A DNA stretch of 64,000 nucleotides from an uncultured delta proteobacterium (GTDB taxonomy: Bacteria; Desulfobacterota; Binatia; Binatales; Binataceae): the NCBI GenBank assembly GCA_963842085.1, contig CAWJET010000001.1:713565-777564 (forward strand), in the 5' to 3' direction. Of the stretch, positions 37,165-47,800 are shown one piece after another (position 1 is the stretch's first letter; each line of letters starts with the position of its first letter). The notes beneath the pieces are model-generated. The model was not told the origin of the DNA and did no database searches. It was given only the letters and a program-made list of their open reading frames with translations. A program made the position numbers and the translations under genes.

Positions 37165-37716
37165 TCAGATTGAGCCTCCATCTATTCGCTCAATGCGACC
37201 GCGGCGAACATGCCGCACCAGTGGCGGCGACGTTCTGCCCAGCCGTTGCAAAATTCTTGGCTCGCTAATTTTTTCGGCGCAGAAGCCGCGAACGTATTGA
37301 ACCAGCGCCACGATCTGGTCGTAGCCCAACGTTCCGCCAAAGGCCGGCATTCCGGCCGGAAACCCCGCCGCCGCGGCGCCATCCTTGATAACCAGGAATA
37401 TGGTCGCGTCGGACATCATCGACATCCAGCCACAATCCGTAAAACTACGGAGATGAACTTGCAATTGCGGAGCCTCGGGGCCGTCGCCCTGACCCGAACG
37501 GCCGTGGCAGTGTGCACATTGGCTCTGGTAGAGGGTCTGCGCCGTGAGAGGATGCGCCGCATCAGGATTGAGATCGGCGGCTCTGGCGCCGGCGGTTAGG
37601 CTCAACAACGGAAGCGCCGCGACCAAGGTGCGGATGTACCCTGGTCTATGAGCTTTGGGCGGCGCTTTAGCTCGACCTGGTGCGAAGCTCAGTGTATTTG
37701 CAGCGTTCTCAGCCAC
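37165..37716 (-). CDS. c-type cytochrome (mono-haem, CxxCH)
   Basis: Signal peptide then QSQCAHCHG haem-binding motif, and a Met-rich segment (GWMSMMS) as candidate distal ligand. Confidence 0.7.
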   Translation of the reverse strand: MAENAANTLSFAPGRAKAPPKAHRPGYIRTLVAALPLLSLTAGARAADLNPDAAHPLTAQTLYQSQCAHCHGRSGQGDGPEAPQLQVHLRSFTDCGWMSMMSDATIFLVIKDGAAAAGFPAGMPAFGGTLGYDQIVALVQYVRGFCAEKISEPRILQRLGRTSPPLVRHVRRGRIERIDGGSI

Positions 37717-38273
37717 GCCACAAGATCTTCGAGTTGCTTACGATCGAGGACCCCGGAGAACGCAGGCATTGTGCGGCGACCGCGCATCACAATCTCTTGA
37801 AAGTCATTGAACCTATAGAGGATCGGCTGCTGAACGAGGTTCGGTCCTTGTTTACCGCGCGCGTCAGCTCCGTGGCATTCAGCGCAGGCGTTAGTGAAGA
37901 CGCCCGCGCCGGCGCGTGCGTCTCCATGGAATCTGACGGGGTCCGCCAGCGGCTCGACGGAATCCAACAGGGCAACGCTGGGCGATTCAGGCGCAGCCAT
38001 CGGCACGGCTCCGAGCGGAAACTGGCTGGACAGATAATCAGCCAGCGACTTTTCCTGATCGGCAGGGAGCGGTGCTCCCCAGTTCCGCATTTTTTTGACC
38101 TCTGCTTGCCACTGCTCGGGTGTCAGTCTCTGCTGGATCATCATTCCCCGGTCATGGCAGATCTCGCAGTGATCTCGCATTTCAGCCGCTTCGGCCCGCT
38201 GCGCTGCGCTCCCGGCCGTTCCGGCCAGCACACGGGTCGAGAGCAGAAGCAACGCTGGGACTACGAGCCACAT
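37689..38273 (-). CDS. dihaem c-type cytochrome
   Basis: Two CxxCH motifs (CEICH, CAECH). Internal start MWLVVPALLLLSTRVLAG serves as signal peptide. The ORF-track N-terminus overlaps the SorA-like gene and is rejected. Confidence 0.7.
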   Translation of the reverse strand: MWLVVPALLLLSTRVLAGTAGSAAQRAEAAEMRDHCEICHDRGMMIQQRLTPEQWQAEVKKMRNWGAPLPADQEKSLADYLSSQFPLGAVPMAAPESPSVALLDSVEPLADPVRFHGDARAGAGVFTNACAECHGADARGKQGPNLVQQPILYRFNDFQEIVMRGRRTMPAFSGVLDRKQLEDLVAWLRTLQIH

Positions 38274-38356
38274 TCGCCGCGGAAGGCTCGCCCACTGGAA
38301 TGAACGATGGTTCCCAGCTGCACGTTCTCGCATCGCGATTCGAATGAGCGCTGCCA

Positions 38357-39532
38357 TCAGGCGATCCTGCAATGAACTCGATCGATGCCGTTCCACAAAT
38401 AGCCGCCATGATTCCAAGGCGTCGTTTCCGGCTGCACTCTGCCTGAGGAATCGGTGGCGCGCGCGGCGATTGTATACGCTCCTTGCGTCGCCGCTTTCCA
38501 CCGATAACGCCACAGTTGCCATGCGCCCTCAGATTCCTTGCCCTCAAGTTCGGCGCGAGCCCACGAGCGGCCGCCATCCAGCGACACTTCGACGTTGACC
38601 ACGTGTCCCATGCCGGTAAAAGCTACTCCCGAGACCAGGTTGTCGCCGGGCGGCATGACCGAACCTTCCAACGGCCTTGCAATCAACGATTTGACCGGGT
38701 TGATGGCGACCGGAACTTCAGGCGCGGGTGCGATGCCTTTTTGCGGAACTGGTTGCTGCGGCATCCTGTACGCAGTCTGCATGTAGAAGCCCTCGGCCTC
38801 ATGCTCCTGAAAGTCGATTCGGCGCAACCATTTGTACCAGTGATCGCCGGCCCAGCCCGGTACCACCATGCGGAGCGGGCCACCATGCAACATCGGCAGC
38901 GGCTCGCCGTTCATTTCGAAGGCAAGCAGCGTGCCCGGATCGAGTGCGCGCTCGATGGGAATGCTGCGGGTAAACGAAGGAGTTGTGGGCATGGGAGCGG
39001 AGTCATAGCCGCGCATCTGCATGTGACCGGCGCCGGGTTTGATGCCTATGCTCTTCACTACGTCGCGCAGGCGGACCCCTGTCCACAGAGCGTTGCCAAC
39101 CGCGCCGCGCTGCCACTGGACGCCCGGCACTGACGGATGAAAAAAGGCGCGCCCGTTGCCTGCGCATTGAAGCGTTGCCGGCAAGCGCACGATTTCGAAC
39201 TTGCGCAGGTCCTCGAGGGTCAGGCTGCGAGAGCTATCGACGAGGCCGCCAATCTCGAGTCTCCATTGTTCTTGAATGATAGCGGGTGGGCCAAAATGAC
39301 TTCGCACGAAAAACACCGCATTGGGAGTAATCGAGGAAGCCAGATACTCGACCGGCGTCTCCAAGTCCTGCGGCCGGGAAAGCCGAACAATCAGTGAGTC
39401 GTGCTCATGCACCATTTCAGCAGCGCGACCGATTGCCGGCATGCCGCTCACCAACGCCAGAGCACCCACACTCCGCGAAAGATGCCTGAGAAATCGGCGT
39501 CGCGACCACAACTCAGTGGATAATCGGCTCAC
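38357..39532 (-). CDS. sulfite-oxidase-family molybdopterin oxidoreductase (SorA-like sulfite dehydrogenase catalytic subunit), TAT-exported
   Basis: Twin-arginine motif SRRRFLRHL. Moco-binding region ..FFVRSHFGPP..LQCAGNGRAFF.. and C-terminal dimerisation/Ig-like domain. Confidence 0.8.
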   Translation of the reverse strand: MSRLSTELWSRRRFLRHLSRSVGALALVSGMPAIGRAAEMVHEHDSLIVRLSRPQDLETPVEYLASSITPNAVFFVRSHFGPPAIIQEQWRLEIGGLVDSSRSLTLEDLRKFEIVRLPATLQCAGNGRAFFHPSVPGVQWQRGAVGNALWTGVRLRDVVKSIGIKPGAGHMQMRGYDSAPMPTTPSFTRSIPIERALDPGTLLAFEMNGEPLPMLHGGPLRMVVPGWAGDHWYKWLRRIDFQEHEAEGFYMQTAYRMPQQPVPQKGIAPAPEVPVAINPVKSLIARPLEGSVMPPGDNLVSGVAFTGMGHVVNVEVSLDGGRSWARAELEGKESEGAWQLWRYRWKAATQGAYTIAARATDSSGRVQPETTPWNHGGYLWNGIDRVHCRIA

Positions 39533-39644
39533 TTCACACCTCCGCCAATATAAAGGATATGTGGCAGGTTTTCATCGCGAATGATCAGGAGCCATGAGTG
39601 CCAATGGTCACAACCAACGACCTCGCGCACTGCTTCCGCTTCGG

Positions 39645-40691
39645 CTAACCAATCCATCCGAGCAGTATGGCGCCAAGCGTGGCGGTTCCCATCAGCAGCC
39701 AAAGAACGAAGCCCTGGATTAGGGGGCGCCGCCCAACCATCTGAAGGGCGCTGCGGCTCAGCCCGGAGCCGATCAGAAACAAGGTGACCACCAACGAACG
39801 TTGCGCGCCGAGGAATATCGTGTGGCCAGCGGGTTTCAGCGCAGGTACCCATGTCACCAATGCTGCGGCGGCGATAAATCCCAGGATGAACCACGGCCGC
39901 CTGGCCTTGCCCGCAGGCGCGTCTGGGTTTCCGCGGTTCCAAACCATTCCGACGGCGAGGGTCACGGGCACTATCCAAAGCGCTCGGGTAAGTTTGATGG
40001 TGGTAGCGATCTCAAGCGCGCGTGCGCCGTATTGCATCGCCGCTCCGACTACTGAGCTCGTATCGTGAATGGCAAGCGCGCTCCACACTCCAAACTGTGC
40101 CTGACTCAAACCGAAATAGTGCCCGATCCACGGAAAGATGAACAAGGCGACCGCGTTGAGGAAGAACACTGTCGCCAGCGCCACGGAAACCTCATGACTT
40201 TTGGCTCGGATCGCGGGAGCGACCGCCGCGATGGCGCTGCCGCCGCATATTGCCGTACCTACGGTTACCAGCAGCGAGGTGTCCCGTTCGGTCCGAATCA
40301 ATCGGCCCAAAACCAGACCAAGGGTCATCGTGAGTGTGATGCCGATGACCGTGTAAAAGAAGCCATGGACACCGGCGTGCCCTACTTCAACGAGATTCAT
40401 GCCGGCCCCCAGACCGATGACCGAGATTTGCAGCAAGGGAGTGATCAGCCGCGCGGTGGTAAAGGGATAACCATTGCCCAAAGTGAGGGCCACGCAGATG
40501 CCCAGCATCAGCGCGATGCCGGGCGAGACGAACGGCAACAGCGTCGCGCATGCCGCGATTGGAAACGCGATGCGGGCAGCGACCGTCGCGGGATTGGCGC
40601 GGCTGAACTCATGGCGCCAGCCAGCCGGCGCCGCTGGGACGAAATCCTCCTTCGGTTTCGTGGCCTCCGACGTGCGCATCGCGCCGGTCAT
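39645..40691 (-). CDS. YeiH-family (UPF0324) putative sulfate/sulfite exporter
   Basis: Polytopic membrane protein with the YeiH pattern (..LLQISVIGLGAGMNL..TAICGGSAIAAVAP..). Start at MTGAMRTS overlaps the ArsR stop by ATGA. Confidence 0.7.
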   Translation of the reverse strand: MTGAMRTSEATKPKEDFVPAAPAGWRHEFSRANPATVAARIAFPIAACATLLPFVSPGIALMLGICVALTLGNGYPFTTARLITPLLQISVIGLGAGMNLVEVGHAGVHGFFYTVIGITLTMTLGLVLGRLIRTERDTSLLVTVGTAICGGSAIAAVAPAIRAKSHEVSVALATVFFLNAVALFIFPWIGHYFGLSQAQFGVWSALAIHDTSSVVGAAMQYGARALEIATTIKLTRALWIVPVTLAVGMVWNRGNPDAPAGKARRPWFILGFIAAAALVTWVPALKPAGHTIFLGAQRSLVVTLFLIGSGLSRSALQMVGRRPLIQGFVLWLLMGTATLGAILLGWIG

Positions 40692-41056
40692 GCTCGCACG
40701 CGAGCGGGGAGCGCTCCGACCTGCGCTTCGAGCCGGTCGCGCAGTCTCGCGCAGACCATTTCGCACAACTCGAAGACCATTTCGTCGGCGATCGAATAGA
40801 AGGCGCTGTTGCCTTCGGGTCTTCGTCTCACCAGTCCGGAATCCTGCAGAATCCGCAGGTGCTTGCTGACGTTGGGCTGCGTCGAGCCGACGCTTTGGGC
40901 GAGCGCGGAAACCGAGCGCTCGCCCTGCTCGAGTTCGTGCAGGATGCGCAGGCGCAGCGGTTCGCCCATCGCCCTGAAGCGTGCTGCCACCATCTCCAGC
41001 GCTTGCGGGGTCAAGGCGCGCCGCGACTTTGGCCTGAAGCCGTTTCTTGCCTTCAT
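40688..41056 (-). CDS. ArsR/SmtB-family transcriptional regulator (BigR/SqrR-like candidate persulfide sensor)
   Basis: HTH ..LRLRILHELEQGERSVSALAQSVGSTQPNVSKHLRILQDSGLV.. with C-terminal CEMVC. Lies divergent from the PDO-rhodanese gene and co-transcribed with yeiH-like. An alternative start at MVAARF is possible. Confidence 0.75.
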   Translation of the reverse strand: MKARNGFRPKSRRALTPQALEMVAARFRAMGEPLRLRILHELEQGERSVSALAQSVGSTQPNVSKHLRILQDSGLVRRRPEGNSAFYSIADEMVFELCEMVCARLRDRLEAQVGALPARVRA

Positions 41057-41135
41057 GAGTAAATAGTTATATATCGACCTGGTCTCGAGTCAAACGCGGC
41101 GCCGCCGGTTTCATTCCGGCGCAAGGAAAAGCCCC

Positions 41136-42173
41136 ATGTTCTTTCGAGAATTGAACCGTGGAAAGTGCAAAACCTACATGCTCGGATGCGAGCGCACGCG
41201 GCGCGCCGCGGTGGTGGACCCGCTCAAAGAAAACACCGCACGCTACATCGCGATCGCCGCGTATCGTGGCTTCCGGCTGGATTATGCGATCGACACGCAC
41301 ACCCACGCCGACCATCGCAGCGGCACCTGGGACCTCGCCGGATTAACCGACGCGAAGGTCGTAATGGATCGCCACGCCCCCGCGCCTAACGTCGACGTCC
41401 ACGTTTCAAACAGCGATGTTCTCGAGGTCGGCGACCTGCGCGTGAAGTTCATGTTCACGCCCGGGCACACGCCCGACGGAATCAGCCTCTACGTCGACGG
41501 GCACGTGCTGACCGGCGACACCTTGTTGATTGGCGGCACCGGGCGAGCGGACTTTCCCGGTGGCGACGCCGGAAAACAATACGACGCGATCACCGGCCTG
41601 CTGTTCAAACTGCCGGACGACACGCTCGTGTTTCCCGCGCACGACTATCGCGGTAATCGGTGCTCGACGATCGGAAAGGAGAAAGCCACTAATCCGCGGG
41701 TTGCCGGGCATACACGCGACGAATACATCAGCATCATGAATAATCTCGGCCTGCCGCTGCCCGACAAGATTCAGGAGGCACTGCAGGCCAATCAAACCGC
41801 GATCGAAGACGACTCCCTCAAATTCCCCGATGTCGCGCAGCTGAGCAGCGTTCATCAGGCAAGCGTTCCCGAATTGCGGGACCGCCTCGCCGGCGGGAAC
41901 CCGCCGATCGTGCTCGACGTACGCGAACCAGACGAATACCACGATGAACTTGGGCACATTCCGGGCAGTAGATCGATCCCGCTGAGAGCTTTGCCGAGTG
42001 AAGCGGGCAAACTCGAGAACCTGAAACACAGCGACATCGTAGTCGTGTGCCGCGCCGGCGTACGCAGCAGCACCGCCGCCGCGATCCTCACCGCACTCGG
42101 TTTCGAACACGTGACCAACCTCAAGGGCGGGATGCTCGAATGGAACGAGGCCGGCCTGCCGGTGGAGCGCTAA
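41136..42173 (+). CDS. persulfide dioxygenase (MBL-fold, ETHE1/Blh-like) fused to a C-terminal rhodanese domain
   Basis: THTHADH metal-binding motif and glyoxalase-II-like fold, then a rhodanese domain with VVVCRAGVRS active-site loop. Confidence 0.85.
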   Translation: MFFRELNRGKCKTYMLGCERTRRAAVVDPLKENTARYIAIAAYRGFRLDYAIDTHTHADHRSGTWDLAGLTDAKVVMDRHAPAPNVDVHVSNSDVLEVGDLRVKFMFTPGHTPDGISLYVDGHVLTGDTLLIGGTGRADFPGGDAGKQYDAITGLLFKLPDDTLVFPAHDYRGNRCSTIGKEKATNPRVAGHTRDEYISIMNNLGLPLPDKIQEALQANQTAIEDDSLKFPDVAQLSSVHQASVPELRDRLAGGNPPIVLDVREPDEYHDELGHIPGSRSIPLRALPSEAGKLENLKHSDIVVVCRAGVRSSTAAAILTALGFEHVTNLKGGMLEWNEAGLPVER

Positions 42174-42518
42174 TCGCGCCATGCACGATTTCACGCCGGT
42201 CGCATCGCTCATCGGCGGTATTCTGATCTGCTTAACCGGGGGGACGCTGCGGTCCGCGTCGGACGCGCTGGTCACGTGATTAAAGACTGAGAAGCATCGT
42301 GGTGGCTGATACTTCGGGTTCGAACCTCGAATGCGCTTCGTCATTCAGCCGCGAATTCGCGCGTTCGTAACAATCGAATCATCATGTCGTAACCGACGCT
42401 GGCTAGTTTTCCGCCGGCATGAAGCCTGTACTGGGCTTTTGTACGCAGGTCCAGAGCGAACACGGGTTTCGTAAGTGCTCTTGGAGCAGCAGTCGATTCC
42501 GGGGAGTACCCAGGGAGG

Positions 42519-44249
42519 GTGATGATGAGACGAACGATCGGAATAATTGCGCTGTCGATGCTTGGTGCGGCGTTGATGCTCTGCGCCGTCGCGATCACAC
42601 CGATGCCGGCGTGGAGCCAGGACGGGCGCGCGCTCATGCTGTACACCGATCCCGCCAGCGGCCAGGTGTTCACCAAGCGATGCAAACATTGCGTCAGGCT
42701 CGGCGAATACGTCCCTGCCGGATCGACCGAAGAGATCGAGCGCAAGGTCGAGGCGAAGACTCAGCAGCAACTCGAGCAGGAACGCGCTGCGATGCAGTCC
42801 GACATGGCGCAAAGGGCGGCCCAGCAGCAGCAGTGGAACGCCGAGATGGCCAAGCAGGTCTCCGAGATCCAGCCGTTCGCACAGGAGTTCGGCGATCGCT
42901 GGTACAAGAAGATCTCGCTCGGCACGCTGATCTACGGCGATTATGGCTACTTCAGCCACACCGGATTCGGCCCGCAGTTCCTGACTCAGCAGAACTGGCC
43001 CGGTCCCGGCAACAACAGCTTCAACTCGTTCAATATCACGCGCGCATACATTGATTTCAAATTCACGCCTGTGGACGACATCTCAGCACGCGTGACGCCC
43101 AACATTTACGCGGCGGTTAACACCGGGACCACCTGCACGACGTCCTCGACGTCAACGTCAACCGGCGGAATAAAAACTACTACGAAGACTACATGCACCG
43201 CGAGCAGCGGCGACAAGGTCGGTGCCAACAGCGCATACGGCCAGAGCCAGGATCAAGACCTCTCCTACCGCTTGAAGTACGCGTATATCGACTACAATAC
43301 CTTCTTCAAAAAGGTTTTGAAGTTCGAACCGATGAGCGACGACAAGTTCACCTTCGGCCAGCAGCAGAATCCGCTGGTGGACTGGGAGGAGAACCTGTGG
43401 GGCTTCCGCTACACCGCCTTGACGCCGTGGAACTATCTGAGCTTGAGTTCGTCGCAGGTCGGCGTTTCGATGAAGGGGCCGATCAAAGTTAACGAGACGC
43501 AGTACGCCGATTACGATTTCGGCGTGTTCGACGATGCCAGCTTCCACGCTATCGAGCAGAGCGCTTGGAAGCAGGTTATGGGTCGCGTAACGATTAATCC
43601 TTTAGGCGCCCACTCACGCTACGATAGCCTTGGTCTGACCGGCTTCTACGACTACGGCTACTCGAACAAATGCACGCCCGACGTGAGTTCTATTCCAGGA
43701 AGCAACACCACATGCGGGCATATGGCGCGCGCATCGGCGCTCGTGCACTACACCGCCGAGAGCTGGGGCGTTATCGGCGAGTGGGATTACGGCCACAATG
43801 CGTTCAGCAGCGGCAACCTCTTTTCGGGCAGCGGGCCTTCCGACGCGGTCGGTATCACCAGTTCCGGCCCCAGCAGTTTTACGGCCTGGAACAAGATGGT
43901 CGGCAATATTCTCAACAACGGTCAGGCGATACAGATGGGCGCGGATTTGCTCGGCCACTGGGACATCCCGCACACCCCGTTCACCCTCTTCGGCCTGGTC
44001 GAGTGGTTCCAGCCCAACACGCGTATCGATAAAGACCCGCTCGACTTCACCCGCTACGATTTGGGAGTGCAGTGGCTGATTAACAAATATTTCCGGGTGG
44101 CGTTCGATTCACAGGCCGAGCAGTACTATCACAGTCAGTTCACGTACCCGGCAACGGCGGTGCCGGGCCAGGCGAAGACGCCCGCGGTGCCGTACGCGGT
44201 GCCGCGCGATACGCACGCATTCTTCCTGAACCTGGAATTCAGGTACTAG
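42519..44249 (+). CDS. outer-membrane beta-barrel porin with N-terminal coiled-coil and Thr/Ser-rich insert
   Basis: Signal peptide, QQQLEQERAAMQ coiled-coil segment, alternating amphipathic strands, and C-terminal aromatic FLNLEFRY. Family (OprO/P-like?) is uncertain. Confidence 0.55.
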   Translation: MMMRRTIGIIALSMLGAALMLCAVAITPMPAWSQDGRALMLYTDPASGQVFTKRCKHCVRLGEYVPAGSTEEIERKVEAKTQQQLEQERAAMQSDMAQRAAQQQQWNAEMAKQVSEIQPFAQEFGDRWYKKISLGTLIYGDYGYFSHTGFGPQFLTQQNWPGPGNNSFNSFNITRAYIDFKFTPVDDISARVTPNIYAAVNTGTTCTTSSTSTSTGGIKTTTKTTCTASSGDKVGANSAYGQSQDQDLSYRLKYAYIDYNTFFKKVLKFEPMSDDKFTFGQQQNPLVDWEENLWGFRYTALTPWNYLSLSSSQVGVSMKGPIKVNETQYADYDFGVFDDASFHAIEQSAWKQVMGRVTINPLGAHSRYDSLGLTGFYDYGYSNKCTPDVSSIPGSNTTCGHMARASALVHYTAESWGVIGEWDYGHNAFSSGNLFSGSGPSDAVGITSSGPSSFTAWNKMVGNILNNGQAIQMGADLLGHWDIPHTPFTLFGLVEWFQPNTRIDKDPLDFTRYDLGVQWLINKYFRVAFDSQAEQYYHSQFTYPATAVPGQAKTPAVPYAVPRDTHAFFLNLEFRY

Positions 44250-44265
44250 TTACGAATCGGGAAAG

Positions 44266-44307
44266 CCGGCGCGAGCAGAGAAAATGCTCGCGCCGGCTCG
44301 TGTTTTG
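44266..44307 (+). terminator. rho-independent terminator after the porin gene
   Basis: GCCGGCGCGAGC-agagaaaat-GCTCGCGCCGGC followed by TCGTGTTTT. Confidence 0.75.
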
Positions 44308-44858
44308 GGCCTCGCCTCATACATTCTTGTGACTTAGAGGACCGGCAGCTATCCTTTACAATCGAAGTGCTGGGAAATTTTCTGAAATCCAGTCGGGGCG
44401 CGATCGCCGCATCTCTCCGCGTGGCCGCGTGCATCGTAAGCGTGGCGATGCTGCTTTCGTTTCCGATCACGAGGGCTCATAGCTTTGGCCAGCACTTCGG
44501 CACCACCGAGATACGCCACAATATCGTACGCCACACCTTCGTCGCCGGGCCCGAGGCCGGAGGCGTGGAGAAGATTGCGCACGTCGATGCGCAGCCTGCG
44601 ATTCCGGTGCCGTTGACCATCGAGAATGTCGCGAAGTGCTTGTTCCTCCGGACGATAGTTTCGGACGTTCCTACCTTCCGTATTCTGCAACATCTCAAGC
44701 TCGGGCCTTCGCGCTCGGGCGCGTCCGACCCACTGCTCTAAGCTCTAGATTCGGCGATCGAGCTCCTGTCGCAGGGTACGTTTGCGTACACGCGGCGGGA
44801 TAGATCCGGAAACGTTGCTGGAGTTCGCTTCAGCCCTGGTCGCACGAGGTCAATTACA

Positions 44859-47800
44859 GTGCCTGGTTTCTCATTGCGCAACCCGCATTCCGTAATCGTG
44901 GGCGCGCTGCTGACGATCATTCTGGGCGTCGCGGCATTTCTGAGCATGCCCGTCGACGTCTTCCCCAAGCTCGACATCCCGGTCGCGGTGGTCGCCACGT
45001 TCTATCCGGGGATGCCGCCGCTCGACATCGAGGCGGACATCACGACCCGCTTCGAGCGGTTCTTCACGCTCGGCAGCGACATCGAACACATGGAATCGCG
45101 CTCACTGCCGGGAGTCAGCATCATCAAGGTCTTCTTCCAGCCAGGCGTAGATTTGAGCGCCGCGACAGCTTCGCTGGGCAACCTCGCGATGGCCGATTTG
45201 CGCCATTTGCCGCCGGGCACGCTGCCGCCGCTCATCCTGAAATCCGGCGCATCATCGTTGCCCGTCACGCTGGTGACCGTCTCAGGCGCGGGATTCAGCG
45301 AGGCGCAACTCCGCGACCAGGCGCAGTACAACATCCGCAACTGGATTGCGACCGTGCGCGGCACCTCGGTTCCTCCGCCGTTCGGCGGCAAGTACCGGCA
45401 GATCATGGCGTACGTCAATCGCGACGCCCTGCAGGCGCGCGGGCTCACCCTGATGGACGTCGTCCATTCACTAAACGACGCCAACCTCATCATTCCGGCG
45501 GGTGACGCGAAGATCGGCTCGACTGACTACTTCGTTTACAGTAACAGCATGATCGAGAACTCAGCCGACATTAACCAGGTGCCGGTGAAGGTCGGGGCCG
45601 GTGAAGCTCCCGTATTCGTGGGCGACGTTGGACACGCCGAGGACGCGGCACAGATTCAGCAGAACATCGTGCGCATCAACGGACAGCGCTCGGTGTACAT
45701 CCCGGTCATGAAGCAGGGCCACGCCAACACGATCGCGGTGGTCGATGGCGTCGACCGGGTGATCACACGAATCGCCGGTCTGCCGGCCGGGATGAAAGTC
45801 AAAGCGATCTTCGGGCAGGACGCATACGTGCGCGCGGCGATCGAGAGCCTCGAGCACGAAGCGGCCTCGGGCGCGGTCCTTGCCTCGCTGATGATCCTGA
45901 TTTTCCTCGGCAGCTTCCGCTCGACGGTTGCGATTTTCCTGTCGATCCCGCTTTCGATTCTGGCCGGCGCGTTCGGCCTGCGCATGAGCGGCGCGAGCAT
46001 CAACGTGATGACGCTGGGCGGCTTCGCGCTCGCAATCGGCCGCTTGGTGGACGACTCGACGGTCGTGCTCGAAAACATCAACCGCCATCTGGCCGAGGGC
46101 AAGACTCCGGTCGACGCCGCCCGCGACGGCGCCAACGAAGTAGCGCTGGCGGTGCTCGCCTCGACGATCACGACCATCATCGTGTTCTCGCCGGTGATGT
46201 TTCTGTTCGGCGTAGCCAAGTCGCTGTTCAGCGCGCTGTCGCTGGCGGTGGTTCTATCGATGCTGGCGTCGTACGTGGTCGCGATGACGGTGATCCCGGT
46301 TTATTGCGCGCATTTCCTGACCGCGGAGGCGGGTCGAGAGGCGGAGGAAGGCGCAGGTCGCGGTTTTATGGCCGCGTTCATCCGCAGTTACGACCGCTTC
46401 GCCGAGCGTTACGAGCGCCTGCTCGATCGGGTGCTCAATCACAAAGGTGCGGTGGTGGGGGCTGCGTCGATTCTGTTCCTCGCGAGCCTCGCCGCGTTTC
46501 CTCTGCTCGGGACAGAACTGTTTCCCAGGACCGACGCCGGCCAATTTGTCATCCAGTTCCGCGCGCCGCTGGGAACGCGGATCGAGCTCACCGAGCAACT
46601 GGCCGAACGCCTGGAAAACACGATTCGCGCAGTGATACCGCCGGCTGAACTCTCGACGGTGGTTTCCAATCTCGGATTGGCGACGGGATTTTCGTCGATC
46701 TACTCGTCCAACGCGGCGAGCGATTCGGGGTTCGTGATGGTGGCGCTCAAGCCCGACCATCGCGTCTCGACCTGGGACTACGTGGCCAGGCTCAAACAGA
46801 TATTGCCCGCGCGCATCCCGGAAATTCGCACATTCTTTTCGTCCGGAAGCATCATCGACTCGGTGCTTAATTTCGGGCTCGCGGCGCCGATCGACATACA
46901 GGTTAGCGGGCAACACTACGCCCAGCTCTTCGACCTGTCGCGCAAAGTCGATGCGCGCGTGAAGGGCTTGCCGCAGGTCGCCGGGACATTCATCCCCGAG
47001 GAATCCAACTATCCCACCCTCAGGATCAACGTTGACCGGGTGAAGGCCGCGCGCCTCGGCCTCAGCCAGCGCGACGTCGTCACCAACGTCATCACCGCGC
47101 TCACCTCCAATCAAATGATCGCACCGTCGATCTGGATCGATCCGAAGACGGGCAACGACTACTTCCTGACCGCGCAGTACGCCGAAGATAATATCAATTC
47201 CATCGACACGCTGCGCGACATCCCGGTGCGAAGCAGCGACGGCGACCACTCCCGCGCCGACGCGCTGATGCTGCGCAACGTCGCCACCATAACCCGCGAG
47301 CGGCATCCCGCCGAAGCGGACCATTACAACATTCAACGCGTCGTCGACGTGCTGGTTGCGCCAAGGACCGATGACATGGGTGGCACGCTGACGGCGGTCC
47401 AGAGGGCGCTGTCCCATCTCGACCTGCCGCCGGGAACCGCCATTGCCTACCGCGGCTCGGTTGAGGCGATGCAGCAATCATTCGCGAGCTTCGGTTACGG
47501 ACTCGCAATGGCGGTGGTGCTGCTCTACCTCGTGATGGTGGCGCAGTTCCGCTCGTTCCTCGACCCGTTCATCATAATGTTCGCCGTTCCGATGGGGCTG
47601 ATCGGCGTCGTGTGGACGCTTTACCTCACCGGCACGACGCTCAACATCGAATCGTTCATGGGGATCATCGCGATGGTTGGGATCGTGGTATCCAACGCGA
47701 TCCTGCTGGTGGACTTCGCCAACCGGCGCTTCCGCGGCGGGCAGGAACTGCGCCTGGCAATCGTCGAGTCGGCGAAAATCCGGATGCGCCCGATTCTGAT

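Noticed and set aside
42180-42278. 32-codon ORF MHDFTPVASLIGGILICLTGGTLRSASDALVT after the PDO gene as a real gene
   Set aside because: It resembles only the first TM helix of YeeE/YedE sulfur-transport proteins and ends abruptly, so it is treated as a remnant and mentioned under findings.
42301-42340. GGTTCGAACC palindrome resembling a tRNA T-arm
   Set aside because: No cloverleaf can be built around it, and it lies on the 5' side of the tRNA gene.
44349-44741. Overlapping small ORFs 44367..44741(+) and 44349..44693(-) between porin and RND genes
   Set aside because: Neither shows a recognisable family. The plus-strand one has better codon bias but cannot be supported as a gene (for example a TetR regulator) from sequence alone.
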